The position numbers and the translations under genes were made by a program. A stretch of DNA of 64,000 nt from Candidatus Angelobacter sp. (GTDB lineage: Bacteria; Acidobacteriota; Terriglobia; Terriglobales; Acidobacteriaceae), in NCBI GenBank assembly GCA_036497385.1, contig DASXJO010000978.1, positions 2,048 to 66,047 on the forward strand. The letters run 5' to 3'. Below, piece after piece: positions 29,101-38,800 of the stretch (positions are counted from its first letter, which is position 1; each line of letters opens with the position of its first letter). Below the pieces are notes generated by a model that saw nothing but the letters and a program-made list of their open reading frames with translations, searched no databases and was not told the DNA's origin.

Positions 29101-32100
29101 CACCAGGGAAGATGCGCGTGCGCAATTGACGCCGCAGGATTTGCGGAGCTATTCAGCCCGCAAGCTTCCGGAGTATATGGTGCCTGCGGCCTATGTCCGG
29201 CTTGATAAGATGCCGCTGACATCACATGGAAAGCTGGACCACGCGGCCTTGCCGAGGCCGGAAGAAGAAGCCTATCCGTTGCGGCTGTATGAAGCTCCTG
29301 TGGGCGAGACGGAGACCACGATCGCGGAAATATGGGCCGAAGAGCTGGAACTGGAACGGGTAGGGCGGCAGGATAATTTCTTTGAAATCGGCGGTCACTC
29401 GCTGCTGGCGGTCAAGGTCATCGAGAAGGCCCGGGGCAGAGGAATACAGATGAAGGTGCGCGATCTGTTTGCGCATCCCGTCTTGTCAGAATTCGCTTCC
29501 GCCGCAGTGCAGACAGAAGAGTCCTTCCAGGTTCCACCCAATCTTATCCCACCGGATTGCCGGCAAATCACCCCGGAGATGCTGACTCTGGTGAAGTTGA
29601 CGCCGGAAGGAATCGCGGCAATCGTGGCGCAGGTTGAAGGCGGAGCCGCCAATGTGCAGGACATATATCCGCTGGCGCTTTTGCAGGAAGGAATATTGTT
29701 CCACCATCTGATGGAGGGGCATGGAGATCCATACCTGCTGGGAAACCTCTTGAGTTTTGATTCTCGCGACCGCATGGAAATATACATGGAGGCGCTCAAG
29801 CGCGTCATCGAGCGGCATGACATCCTCCGGACGGCGGTGCAGTGGGAGGGATTGGCGGAGCCCGTGCAAGTGGTTTGGAGGCGGGCGGAGCTGCCGGTTG
29901 AACAGATCGAGTTTGAAGCGACCGAAGGCGATATTGCGGAACAGATGCTCAGGCGCTTTGATCCCCGGCGCTATCGAATGGATGTACGCCGGGCGCCGCT
30001 GCTGAAAGTCTATACAGCTTACGATTCCAGGCGTGGGCGCTGGCTGATGATGCTGCTGCGCCATCATCTGGTGAGCGACCACACGGCCGTGGAAGTCCTG
30101 CAGCATGAAGTCGAGGTGCAGGTGCACGGAAACGCAGAGCAGCTAAAGCCGTCCCGTCCGTTCCGTAATCTGGTGGCGCGAGCCTGCCTGGCCAGCAAGC
30201 GCGAGGAACATGAAAGATTTTTCCGCGCGATGTTAGCCGATGTGGAGGAACCGACAGCCCCGTTCGGGCTTCTGGAGGCGCACAGGGACGGAACCGCGGT
30301 ACTGGAAGGACGCCGCAGTCTAGATCCGAATCTGGCGCGCAGAATCAAGCAAAGCGCCCGCCGCCTGAAAGTAAGCGTCACAAGCCTATGGCACCTGGGG
30401 TGGGCGCAAGTGGTTGGGCGCGTATCGGGAAGAGACGATGTGGTGTTCGGGACAGTGTTGTTCGGGCGCATGGGGACGGGAGAGGAATCGGACCACATGA
30501 TGGGCCCCTTCATGAACACTCTCCCGATACGGATTCAAATCGGGGAAAAGACAGTCGAGGAGAGCGTTCGCCAGGTCCACGCGGCGTTAACGGAACTGAT
30601 GCGGCATGAGCATGCCTCGCTGGCTCTTGCCCAGCGGTGCAGCGGTGTGCCGTCGCCGCTTCCGATCTTTACGGCTCTCCTGAACTACCGCCACAGCACC
30701 GGAGCGTCTTCCGCTCGTTCGGGCGAGTGGATGCCGGTTGAGGAGGGGGTCGCGGCGCTCCGCATGGAAGAGCGCACAAACTACCCTTTCACCATGTCCG
30801 TGGACGATCTTGGCGAAGGCTTTCAACTCACGATGCAGGTGCAGGGTGGAATTGAGCCATTCCGGGTGTGTGACTATCTGGAGCGAACGCTGGATTCCCA
30901 GATCAGCGCATTGGAGACGCGGCCGCAGACCCCGTTATGTCAACTCGAAGTGTTGAGTGCGCGGGAACGGACGCAGATCTTATTCGAATGGAACGCAAAC
31001 GCGATAGAACATGAGCGTGAAAAATGCCTGCATGAATTGTTTGAGGAGCAGGTGCTAAGAAGAGAAGACTCCGTGGCGGTTTCCTTCGAAGGAGTTGCCC
31101 TGAGCTATGGCGAATTGAACCGGCGGGCGAATCAGCTGGCGCATCATCTGCGGGAACTCGGCGTGGGGCCGGATCAACGCGTGGCCATCTGCATGGATCG
31201 CAGCCTGGAGTTGATCGTGGCCTTGTTGGCGGTGCTGAAAGCAGGCGGAGCTTACGTACCGCTGGATCCATCGTATCCGGAGGAGCGGCTACGCTACATG
31301 CTGCAAGATAGCGCTCCGGCTGTCCTGTTAACCCAGGCAGGCCTGCGCGGCCGATTCACCGAAATATGCCAAACGCTTTCCGTGCTCGTATGGGGGCCTC
31401 CGTTCGACGAGCGCGGGGCTCTTCCCGAGACGAATCCGGAATGGGCCGTGCCCGTTCTTTTGCCGGCCCATTTGACCTATGTGATCTACACTTCCGGATC
31501 GACCGGGATGCCCAAGGGAGTCGCCATGCCCCACCTTCCCCTGGTGAACCTGTTTCTATGGCAGCGCGATGTGCTGGATCTTTCCCTGCAACCGCGCACT
31601 CTTCAGTTTTCTTCAATCAGCTTCGATGCTTCCGCAAATGAGATTTTCATCACCTTGATGCTAGGCGGCACTCTGATCATGATCGGGGAAGAAGAGCGCC
31701 ATGACTCTGCCATGCTGGTTGAATGTCTGATTGAGAACGAAGTCACCACTCTGTTGCCGCCATTCGCGGCACTGCAACTCATTGCCGACGAATGCCACGA
31801 GCAGCGAGTGTACCCACACAGCCTGCGGGAAATAGTGAGCACGGCTGAAGCCTTGCAAATCACCCCGACGGTTGCGCAATTGTTCAGGGAAGTTCCGGCG
31901 TGCCGTTTGCACAATGAATATGGGCCTTCTGAGACCCATGTAGTTTCCGCTTATACCACTGCCGGCGCACCGGAGCAGTGGCCCGTCCTGCCGCCGATCG
32001 GTCGTCCGATCGCGAATACGCAATTCTATATAGTGGACAAATATTTCCAGCCCGTTCCTGTAGGTGTCCAAGGCAGCCTTTATATAGGCGGGTCCAATCT

Positions 32101-32830
32101 GGCCCGTGGGTACCTGGACAAGCCGACGCTGACCGCGCAGAAATTTGTGCCCAATCCATTCAGCACAACGCCCGGCGAGCGGCTTTATGCCACCGGAGAT
32201 GAAGCAATGTATTTACCCGACGGCAATGTCCGCTTTTTGGGCAGAAGAGACCACCAGGTAAAAATCCGCGGCTATCGCATAGAGCTTGGGGAAATCGAGG
32301 CCGTGCTGGCCCGGCAACCTGGCATTCAACAGAATGTTGTGGTCGCGCGTGAAGACCGGCCGGGCGATAAGCGGCTTGTGGCCTATGCGGTTCCCGCTGC
32401 CGGCCAGAAAATCGAAGCCACGGAATTACAGCAATCGCTCCGGCGCGAACTGCCGGAATACATGATACCGGCGGCCATCATCCCCCTGGATGTCTTTCCG
32501 CTGACTCCCAGCGGGAAACTGGACCGCAAAGCCTTTCCGGCGCCCGAGTACAAATCCGAAGCCGGCTATCAACCGCCGGAGTCTCCGGAGCAAAAGCTCA
32601 TGTGCAAAATCTTTGGCGATCTGCTGGGGACAGAGCAGGTCGGCCTGAACGATAACTTTTTCATGCTGGGCGGGCACTCGTTGACTGCAATGCGGCTGGT
32701 GAGCCGCATTCGGGCGGCGGTCGGGCTGGATCTGAAGATACAGACGGTATTTGAAGCGCCCACCTGTGGTGAACTGGCGGCGATTATCAAAGTAAAACTG
32801 CTGGATGAGATCGAATCGCTGTCGGAGTAA
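22976..32830 (+). CDS. NRPS 3 (3284 aa): TubC-type docking-C5-A5-T5-C6-A6-T6-C7(E/C-like)-A7-T7
   Basis: Motifs read by domain:
- C5: LPLSYGQQRLWFVDRL, HHIASDGWS (from 23585).
- A5: IAYAIFTSGSTGTPKG, YNHYGPTECT, QGKIDQNLLP.
- T5: FFDSGGHSLL (Ser 26174-26176).
- C6: LPLSWEQQRLWFVDRL, HHIVSDGWS (from 26748).
- A6: LVYVIYTSGSTGAPKG, VNHYGPTEAT, HGKLDHAALP.
- T6: FFEIGGHSLL (Ser 29399-29401).
- C7: DIYPLALLQEGILFHHLMEGHGD, HHLVSDH.
- A7: LTYVIYTSGSTGMPKG, HNEYGPSETH, SGKLDRKAFP.
- T7: FFMLGGHSL (Ser 32678-32680). Confidence 0.97.
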   Translation: MNCSDLLTRLHTQGIRIQLVGEKIRLSIPSGELDPDVREEIKLHREEIKSLLRQPLAEDDNLLAKQERPARLPLSYGQQRLWFVDRLEGTSREYNIVEALRLLGELNLPALEKAIKTIVERHEVLRTHFQEAEGEPWQVVEPALPIQLALEDWRELEGEEKKRKVAAAIREEGEKAFALEQGPILRARVLRLEEQEHVLLRTVHHIASDGWSGGIFNQELMVLYEAYCQGEDNPLPELPLQYADYTLWQRSREARGELEEGLKYWKQQLDGITELRLPADPKPEVPRYAGAVERSVLSAELTGKIRQLSQETQATMFMTLLAGFMVLLARYSGQEDIVVGSPTANRQDSRLEELIGFFVNTLVLRARLDGDTSSRRLLEEVRRTALEAYRYQEVPFERVVEELSPERSLSRTPLFQIVFAFQNDPWIPQQLAGLAIREIQLEEISARYDLVIQASEEDGKTTLVCVYRQDLFDKWRIEQMLRHYERILAAVVDNPTLEIDEIGLLTATEREEILYRGRATRTHGGGKCFLDLLVDQVNRTPDAPAISYEDRTLTYKQIHEAAGRWARRLAALGIGPEDLVAIYLERGCEFIIALLSVWKAGGAYLPLDLAVPTTRVLQILNYARPSVLIVSERDREKLETGNVRTITVEELASDSGAEYPESGFRTASPENIAYAIFTSGSTGTPKGVAIQHGSLVNFCQALQHRIHAESGCLPRNAGLNASMAFDASLKQLGLLLHGGHLFIVPELARRSGPELLAFIQKYSLDAIDLTPSQMTLLLDAGLREAQIDMTFLIGGEAIHVDLWNILGSQPQLHCYNHYGPTECTVNITVGRIQQEDKAPNLGRPLENIEVYILDRRCEPVPIGVGGELYIGGAGLARGYLNRAALTAERFVANPFGPPGSRIYRTGDLARWRRDGALEFIGRNDRQVKLRGFRIELDEIEFALRSLPGIKDAVVIFREDGDGNNYLAGYVVPFKDVILDPGQVRRELSSILPAYMVPAIVMAIAGLPHTLQGKIDQNLLPRPFFHDAGEKPAPKRAEEEILCGIFADVLGVAHVGADDNFFDSGGHSLLAMRLVNRIRSVMGVDISVRTLFAAPTVRGLLANLEKDAPRHLKPLEPQVRPEHLPLSWEQQRLWFVDRLQGGSPEYNIPETLKLIGKLDYQALQQAVNTILDRHEALRTHFAEVAGRPVQRIAAELRIALLPEDLSALNTREKEARVVAAIENEWRQPFDLQQGPLLRMQLLKTGEQEHILLRTFHHIVSDGWSLGVFDREFTELYNAYHEKRESRLAPLRVQYADFALWQQEMFDEKRLRPELDYWKEQLVDLPELELPKDRQRPSAQTFAAERWLGNSGKQLTAEMKRLSREAQVTLYMALLAAFTIVLERYSGQEDIVLGSPIANRHDAQLEELIGFFVNSLVLRVRVKRDQNFLELLDSVRRTALEAYRHQHLPFERLVEEISPKRSLNRTPVFQVTFALQNTPTAEQSLSGVRTEAVEAEGATVRFDLEVRAWEEGEELRFSWLYNRDLFDRWRIAQMGQHYICLLRKITANPRLKLAKVPFLDEKEQVQILEGFNPAPQFVPAKTVHELFEEQAWSHGDEEAVVYETESLVYGELNRRANQLAHYLRRLGVGPERLVAIYMDRSPEMVVGLLAVLKAGGAYVPLDPTYPVERLAYSLTNSKPTAILTQTHFKRALADILEGNERTVIDVSTECDQWREMPETDLEVGAIGLKPEHLVYVIYTSGSTGAPKGVMVEHRNVVNYLLWTQQSYYIGHTGGSPALHSIAFDGIITTLLGPLISGQRLRLLPPGDEIESLVQQWRNERRTPENTYALIKMTPSHLKLLNQCIQEERNAPPARALMIGGEPLEESDVRLWQEQFPQVRLVNHYGPTEATVGCATYEIPATPEGKRSVPIGRPLANARLYILDAHGDPVPVGVEGELYIGGAGVARGYLNLPELTEERFVNDPFTSGKAARMYKTGDLARWRPDGTIEFAGRKDFQVKLRGFRIELGEIEACLRGHDAIAEAAIVVHEGRKREKQLVAYYTCKTTREDARAQLTPQDLRSYSARKLPEYMVPAAYVRLDKMPLTSHGKLDHAALPRPEEEAYPLRLYEAPVGETETTIAEIWAEELELERVGRQDNFFEIGGHSLLAVKVIEKARGRGIQMKVRDLFAHPVLSEFASAAVQTEESFQVPPNLIPPDCRQITPEMLTLVKLTPEGIAAIVAQVEGGAANVQDIYPLALLQEGILFHHLMEGHGDPYLLGNLLSFDSRDRMEIYMEALKRVIERHDILRTAVQWEGLAEPVQVVWRRAELPVEQIEFEATEGDIAEQMLRRFDPRRYRMDVRRAPLLKVYTAYDSRRGRWLMMLLRHHLVSDHTAVEVLQHEVEVQVHGNAEQLKPSRPFRNLVARACLASKREEHERFFRAMLADVEEPTAPFGLLEAHRDGTAVLEGRRSLDPNLARRIKQSARRLKVSVTSLWHLGWAQVVGRVSGRDDVVFGTVLFGRMGTGEESDHMMGPFMNTLPIRIQIGEKTVEESVRQVHAALTELMRHEHASLALAQRCSGVPSPLPIFTALLNYRHSTGASSARSGEWMPVEEGVAALRMEERTNYPFTMSVDDLGEGFQLTMQVQGGIEPFRVCDYLERTLDSQISALETRPQTPLCQLEVLSARERTQILFEWNANAIEHEREKCLHELFEEQVLRREDSVAVSFEGVALSYGELNRRANQLAHHLRELGVGPDQRVAICMDRSLELIVALLAVLKAGGAYVPLDPSYPEERLRYMLQDSAPAVLLTQAGLRGRFTEICQTLSVLVWGPPFDERGALPETNPEWAVPVLLPAHLTYVIYTSGSTGMPKGVAMPHLPLVNLFLWQRDVLDLSLQPRTLQFSSISFDASANEIFITLMLGGTLIMIGEEERHDSAMLVECLIENEVTTLLPPFAALQLIADECHEQRVYPHSLREIVSTAEALQITPTVAQLFREVPACRLHNEYGPSETHVVSAYTTAGAPEQWPVLPPIGRPIANTQFYIVDKYFQPVPVGVQGSLYIGGSNLARGYLDKPTLTAQKFVPNPFSTTPGERLYATGDEAMYLPDGNVRFLGRRDHQVKIRGYRIELGEIEAVLARQPGIQQNVVVAREDRPGDKRLVAYAVPAAGQKIEATELQQSLRRELPEYMIPAAIIPLDVFPLTPSGKLDRKAFPAPEYKSEAGYQPPESPEQKLMCKIFGDLLGTEQVGLNDNFFMLGGHSLTAMRLVSRIRAAVGLDLKIQTVFEAPTCGELAAIIKVKLLDEIESLSE
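29654..30995 (+). other. Atypical condensation domain C7 (dual E/C-like N-terminal His motif; HHLVSDH core)
   Basis: VQDIYPLALLQEGILFHHLMEGHGDPY (HHLMEGHGD at 29702-29728) matches the extra HH[I/L]xxxxGD motif described for dual E/C domains. The core motif is RHHLVSDHTA (30062-30082), with His in place of the usual Gly. EERTNYPFTMSVDDLGEGF lies downstream. Confidence 0.7.
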
Positions 32831-32890
32831 AGGGCCGTTTACATGGCGGAACGCCCATAGCGTTGCGCGGAGCAGGACAGGAAGCAAGAC

Positions 32891-35800
32891 ATGGATACCT
32901 TGGTATCAACAAGAATTGCAAAACTTTCAGACGCGAAACGGTTACTTTTAGAAAAGCGGCTTAGTGGCGCGGCCGCGGCAGGGGACTGCCCCGAACTGGT
33001 TTCCCTGTCGCCCCGGCCGCAATTCATTCCCTTGTCCTATCCGCAGCAGCGGTTGTGGTTCATCGATCAGTTAGAGCATGGAGGCAGCACGCAATACAAT
33101 CTGCCGGCGGCGTTTCGCCTGACCGGAAATTTAGACGTAAAAATCCTTGTCCAAGCCATCCAGGCCATCGTAGACAGGCATGAGATCCTGCGCACCCGTT
33201 TCGTGCCGATACAGGGAAGTCCGGCGCAGATGATTGAACCCCGGCTCACGATGGAAATTCCCCTTCATGACATCAGTTCGCTGGATGCGGACTCGCAGAA
33301 GACGTTCATTCTCACTGCGCTGGAAAGAGAGAGGCAGCAGCCTTTCGATCTGGAACACGGGCCGCTTCTACGAGTAAAGCTGCTGAAATTGAAAGAGCAA
33401 GAGCACATCTTGCTACGGACCACGCACCACATTGTTTTCGATGGCTGGTCGGACGGCATATTCAACCAGGAACTCAGCGCGCTTTACCAGGCATTCCAGG
33501 ATGGCCGCGAAAATCCTCTTCTGCGGTTGGAACTTCAATATGCGGATTTTGCGATCTGGCAACGCCAGGCGATGGAGGCGGGACCGCTGGAAGAAGGCTT
33601 GCGGTACTGGAAGCAGAAGCTGGCGGGGATACCCACCCACCTGAACCTCCCGACAGACCGGCTCCGGCCGGCCAGGCAGACATTTAGAGCAAAAGGATTT
33701 TATCTAAAGGTGCCGGAGACGGCGGCGGCTGAGTTGAAGAAGTTGACACAGGAAAGCCGGACTACGCTCTACATGAGCTTGCTTGCGGCCTTTGGAGTAT
33801 TACTGTCCCGCTACAGCGGCGAGGCGGACGTAGTGGTTGGATCGCCGATCGCGAACCGCAATGACCGCCGGCTGGAGCAGATGATCGGCTTCTTCATCAC
33901 CGTGCTGGCGATGCGGTTGCAGATTTCCGGGACCATGAATTTTCTAGAGCTGCTGCGCGAAACCAGAAAGACGGCTTTGGAAGCTTATCAGCATCAGGAT
34001 GTCCCGTTCGAGCGCATTGTCGACGAGATATCGCCGCAGCGCAGTTTGAGCCGGACGCCTCTGTTCCAGGTGCTGTTCGCAATGCAAAACGCTCCTTGGG
34101 AGGCACAGCGGATAAGCGGTCTGCAAACCGAACGGATTACAGGGGAAGACCTGCGGGTGCGCTATGACATGGAAGTCCATGCCTGGGAGGACGAAGGGGA
34201 AATCTGGTTGCGTTGGCTCTATAACTGCGACCTCTTCGACTCCTGGCGGATCGAGCAGATGTCGCGGCATTTCATTCACGTGCTGGAGGCGGCTGCGGCT
34301 GCCCCTCAAAAAGCTCTGGGCGAGATTGACCTGCTCACCGCGGAAGAACGGCTGGAAATCCTGGAAGGATGGAACCAGACCTCGGCTGATTATCCGCGGA
34401 CATTCGTGCATCAGCTGATTGCAGAGCAGGCAGCAAGGACGCCAGAGCGTGTAGTGGCGGATTACGAAGGCCAGCAGCTCACGTATGGTGAACTGAACCG
34501 AAGGGCAAACCAGCTATCACGGTATTTGGTGAGGCTGGGAGCAGGGCCGGAGACGCGGGTTGCAATATGCATGGAGCGAAGCCTTGAGATGCTTGTGACG
34601 CTGCTGGCGGTTCTGAAATCTGGCGCGGCCTATGTTCCATTGGACCCAAGTTATCCAGTAAAGCGGCTCCAATACATATTCGAAGATGCGGAAATCGGAA
34701 TATTCCTCACGCAAGCTTCGATCGAAGAACATATGCCCGCGGGAACGGGAACCCGGATCATCGTGGATGAACGTTCAGCAGAAATCGACCGCGAAAGCTC
34801 TGAGAACCCGGACGCCGTTGCTTTCGATCATTTGGCCTATGTGATCTATACCTCCGGATCCACGGGAAATCCGAGAGGCGTACAGGTTTCGCACCATGCA
34901 CTCACCAATTTCCTGCTTTCAATGCAAAGGGAGCCCGGAATTTCAGAGCTGGATGTATTGCTTGCGGTTACCACCCTGTCATTCGACATTGCCGGCCTGG
35001 AACTTTATTTGCCAATGATCGCGGGGGCGCGGGTAAAAATCCTTGACCGTGCAGCTATCAGCGATCCCAGGCAATTGCTGGATGCCATGCAGGAAGTTAC
35101 CGTGATGCAGGCGACACCAGGAACCTGGCAGTTGGTATTGCAGGCAGGATGGAGCGGAAGTCAAGGGATCAAAGCGCTCTGCGGCGGCGAGGCGCTGAAT
35201 TCCGAGCTTGCCGGAAAGCTGGTGCGTTGCAGTGGTTCAACATGGAACATGTATGGTCCTACAGAGACGACGATCTGGTCGTCGACGAGCAGCGTGCAGG
35301 CCGGCGAAGAGAAGACATCGCTCGGACGTCCGATCGCAAACACGAAATTCTTTGTATTGGATGAGTGGATGAAGCCGGTGCCTCGCGGGGTATGCGGAGA
35401 ATTGTATATCGGGGGTGAAGGGCTGGCGCGGGGATACTGGAAACGAGGGGACTTAACGGCGGAACGATTTGTCCCCGACCCGTTCAGCGTGAAGGGTGGA
35501 GAGCGGCTCTATAGAAGCGGGGACTTGGCGCGTTACTCCGGCGAGGGCCGTCTGGAGTACCTGGGCCGGTGCGACCAGCAGGTAAAAGTACGCGGATACA
35601 GGGTTGAACTCAAAGAGATTGAGGCGGCTCTGCAGGGACATGAAAACGTGAAGCAGGCGGCTGTCCTTGTGCAAACTGACGATAATGGCGCGCAACTCCT
35701 GGTAGCGTATGTGGCAAAAATCGGACCGCAAGAAGAAGCACCGGCCGCGGAGACGGCCCCGGAAATCGATGCAGGTGAACTGCGGAAGTATCTTCAAGGA

Positions 35801-38800
35801 ATACTTCCAGAGTACATGATACCCGGACAATATGTATGGATGCAGCAGTTGCCTCTGCTGCCCAATGGCAAGCTGGACCGTAATCAACTGCCGAACCTGG
35901 CCACGTTGGGAAGATCCGGAAGAGAGTATGTTGCGCCGCGAAGCGAAGTGGAGAAATCGCTTTGCGGAATCTGGCAGGAAGTCTTGCGGCAGGAGAAGGT
36001 AGGAATAGAGGACAACTTCTTCGAGCTGGGCGGAGATTCCATACGCGCGATCACGGTTATTTATAAGTCCAGCCAGTTGGGGATCAACATCAAGCTGGTG
36101 GAGCTGTTTGAACAGCAAACAATCTCAGCACTCGCCGGCGGGCTGGCGCCGGCCCTCAGCACCGCTCATGAGCCTGACCCGATAGCGTCAGTTGCGCTGC
36201 TCTCCGCGAACGACAGAGCTTTGCTCCCCGAGGATGTGGAGGATGCATACCCTTTGAATTACATGCAAATGGGCATGGTCTATCACAATCAGTTGGGACA
36301 GAAATCGGGACTTTACCATGATGTGTTCAGCCACCACATTCGCATCAGCGAGTGGAATCCCGAAGTCTTCCGCGAGGTACTGGATGCTCTTGCCGCCAAG
36401 CACCCGGTGTTGCGCACTTCCTTGTCGCTCGATGCCTACAGCGAGCCCCTGCAAATGGTCCATCGGAAAACACATATTCCGGTGGAGTTCCACGATCTCA
36501 GCGGATTGTCATCCTCACTGCAGGAAGAAACGCTGCAACGGTGGAGGGAAGAGGAACAGAAAAGCTCGTTTGTCCTGAGCCATGCTCCTTTGCTCAGGAT
36601 CTTTATTCACCGGCGGAGCACTGAAAGCTTTCAATACACGCTGAGTTTTCATCACGCGATTCTGGATGGATGGAGCGTAGGCCTGTTTCAAATGGAGCTT
36701 TTCCGGGAGTACACCCGGAGGACCGGGGAGCAAGCGAAGAAGCACGATCTCGCACCATTGCGCTCCACATTCAAGCGGGCCATCGCCCGAGAAAAGCTCT
36801 CCCTGGCTTCCGAAGCAACGAAGTCATTCTGGTCAGCGTATCTGCAAGGATGGTCTACTCCGTTTCTGCCTGCGTTAAAACCCAAAAGTTCATCCGGTGA
36901 GGTCAGGAGGTTTGTCACCATTCTGCCTGCCGGCCTCAAGACCAGGCTTTTTCAAGTTGCCGCCGCATTGCATGTTCCGCTGCGGACTTTGTTTTTGGCC
37001 GCGCACCTTCGCATTATGGCTTTCTTTTCCGGTGAAAAGGATGCCATTACCGGGCTGGTATGCCATAGCCGCCTGGAAGAGTGGGATGGGGAAAATGTGC
37101 TGGGAATGTTCATCAACATCCTGCCATTCCGGCAAACCGTCCGCGTTTCGACATGGAGCGAACTGGTGCGCCAGACGTATGCGCGCGAGCTGGAAATCAT
37201 GCCGCATCGGCATTATCCCTATGCGGAGATATTCATCCAGAATGACCGCATTCCTTTGTTCGAAACAGGGTTTAACTATACCGATTTCCATGTTTACGCA
37301 GGTTTTCGTGATCTGAACTCGATAGAGTTCCTGGGCGGTTCTAACTTTGAAGCAACCGACCTGGCCGTGGAAGTAAATGTGATTATGCGCGGCGAGGACG
37401 GGGCGCTGAACCTGGCATATGATGCTATTCGTTTCTCATCCCAACAGATTGAGCAATTGGCCGGATACTATTCTGCTGTGTTGCAGTCCATGGCGGCGTC
37501 ACCTGATTCCGGCACAGGGCTGCAAGCGATCCTGTCTGAAGCGCAGTTCCGCCAGGTCTTATATGAATGGCATGGGCAGACAAAAGACATGCCTGCGGCG
37601 CTGGTTCCGGACTTATTCGAACAACAAGTTGAGAGAACGCCGGACGCAGTGGCGCTATCGTACGAAGACAGATATTTAAGCTATGGCGGGCTGAACGAAC
37701 AGGCAAATCAGTTCGCGCATTACCTGATCAGCGAGGGAAGAGGACCGGAAGACCTGATAGGAATTTATCTGCCGCGCTCACTGGAAATTGCGGTGGTCAT
37801 GCTGGGGATTCTGAAAGCGGGAGCGGCTTTTCTGCCTTTCGATCCGGAGTTCCCGCAGGGAAGAGTGGCTTCCATCCTGAAAGGTGCGAATCCGGCGCTC
37901 GTTGTCAGCACAAGGAAACTGCAAAGAAGCCTTCCGCGGCAGGTTTTATCCTTAGATATAGAAGAGCCTGGCTTTGCCAGCGCACTCCGGCGCATGCCGG
38001 CGGATAATCCGGTCAATCGAGAGCGAAAAACTCCATTATTGCCGCGGCATCTAGCCTACGTAATTTATACCTCCGGCTCCACAGGGGAACCCAAAGGAGC
38101 TGCCATTGAGCATGGCGGCATGCTGAATCACATGTTGGCCAAAATCGAGGACCTCGCCTTGAATGAGCGGGACATCATGGGCCACACCGCAACCATTGTC
38201 TTCGATGTAGCCATCTGGCAGTTGTGGGCAGCACTGCTGGCCGGCGGCCGCGTTCACATTATTAACGGAGAATCGACAGGCGACGTGCTGAATATCCTGC
38301 GGACTCTGCATGAACGTGAAGTGTCAGTGCTGGAAACAGTGCCATCTGTGCTTACGATCATGCTGGATGCAGCGGCGGATGAAGGATGGCCCAGCCTGCG
38401 CCATACCATTGCAAACGGTGAGCCGCTGACGAATGAAATGTACCAGCGCTGGCGCCGAATGTCCCGCGCCGGCCACCTCTGGAACATGTACGGAGTAACG
38501 GAGTGCTCGGATGATGCGACACATTACCGCGTGGAAGGCGAATCCAGGGAGGGAGATGTTATCGCAGTTGGCCAGGCGCTCCGCAATACTGAATTATATC
38601 TGCTGGATGACGCGCTGGAGCCGGTGCCCTCGGGCATGCCCGGCGAGTTATACATTGGCGGGGCGGGAGTCGGCCGTGGATACTTCAGACAACCGGGACA
38701 TACCGCGGACCGTTTTATCGGCAGTCCATTTGGAAAACCAGGATCACGGATATATCGAACCGGGGACCGGATGATATGCCGGCCCGATGGGGTGTTGAGA

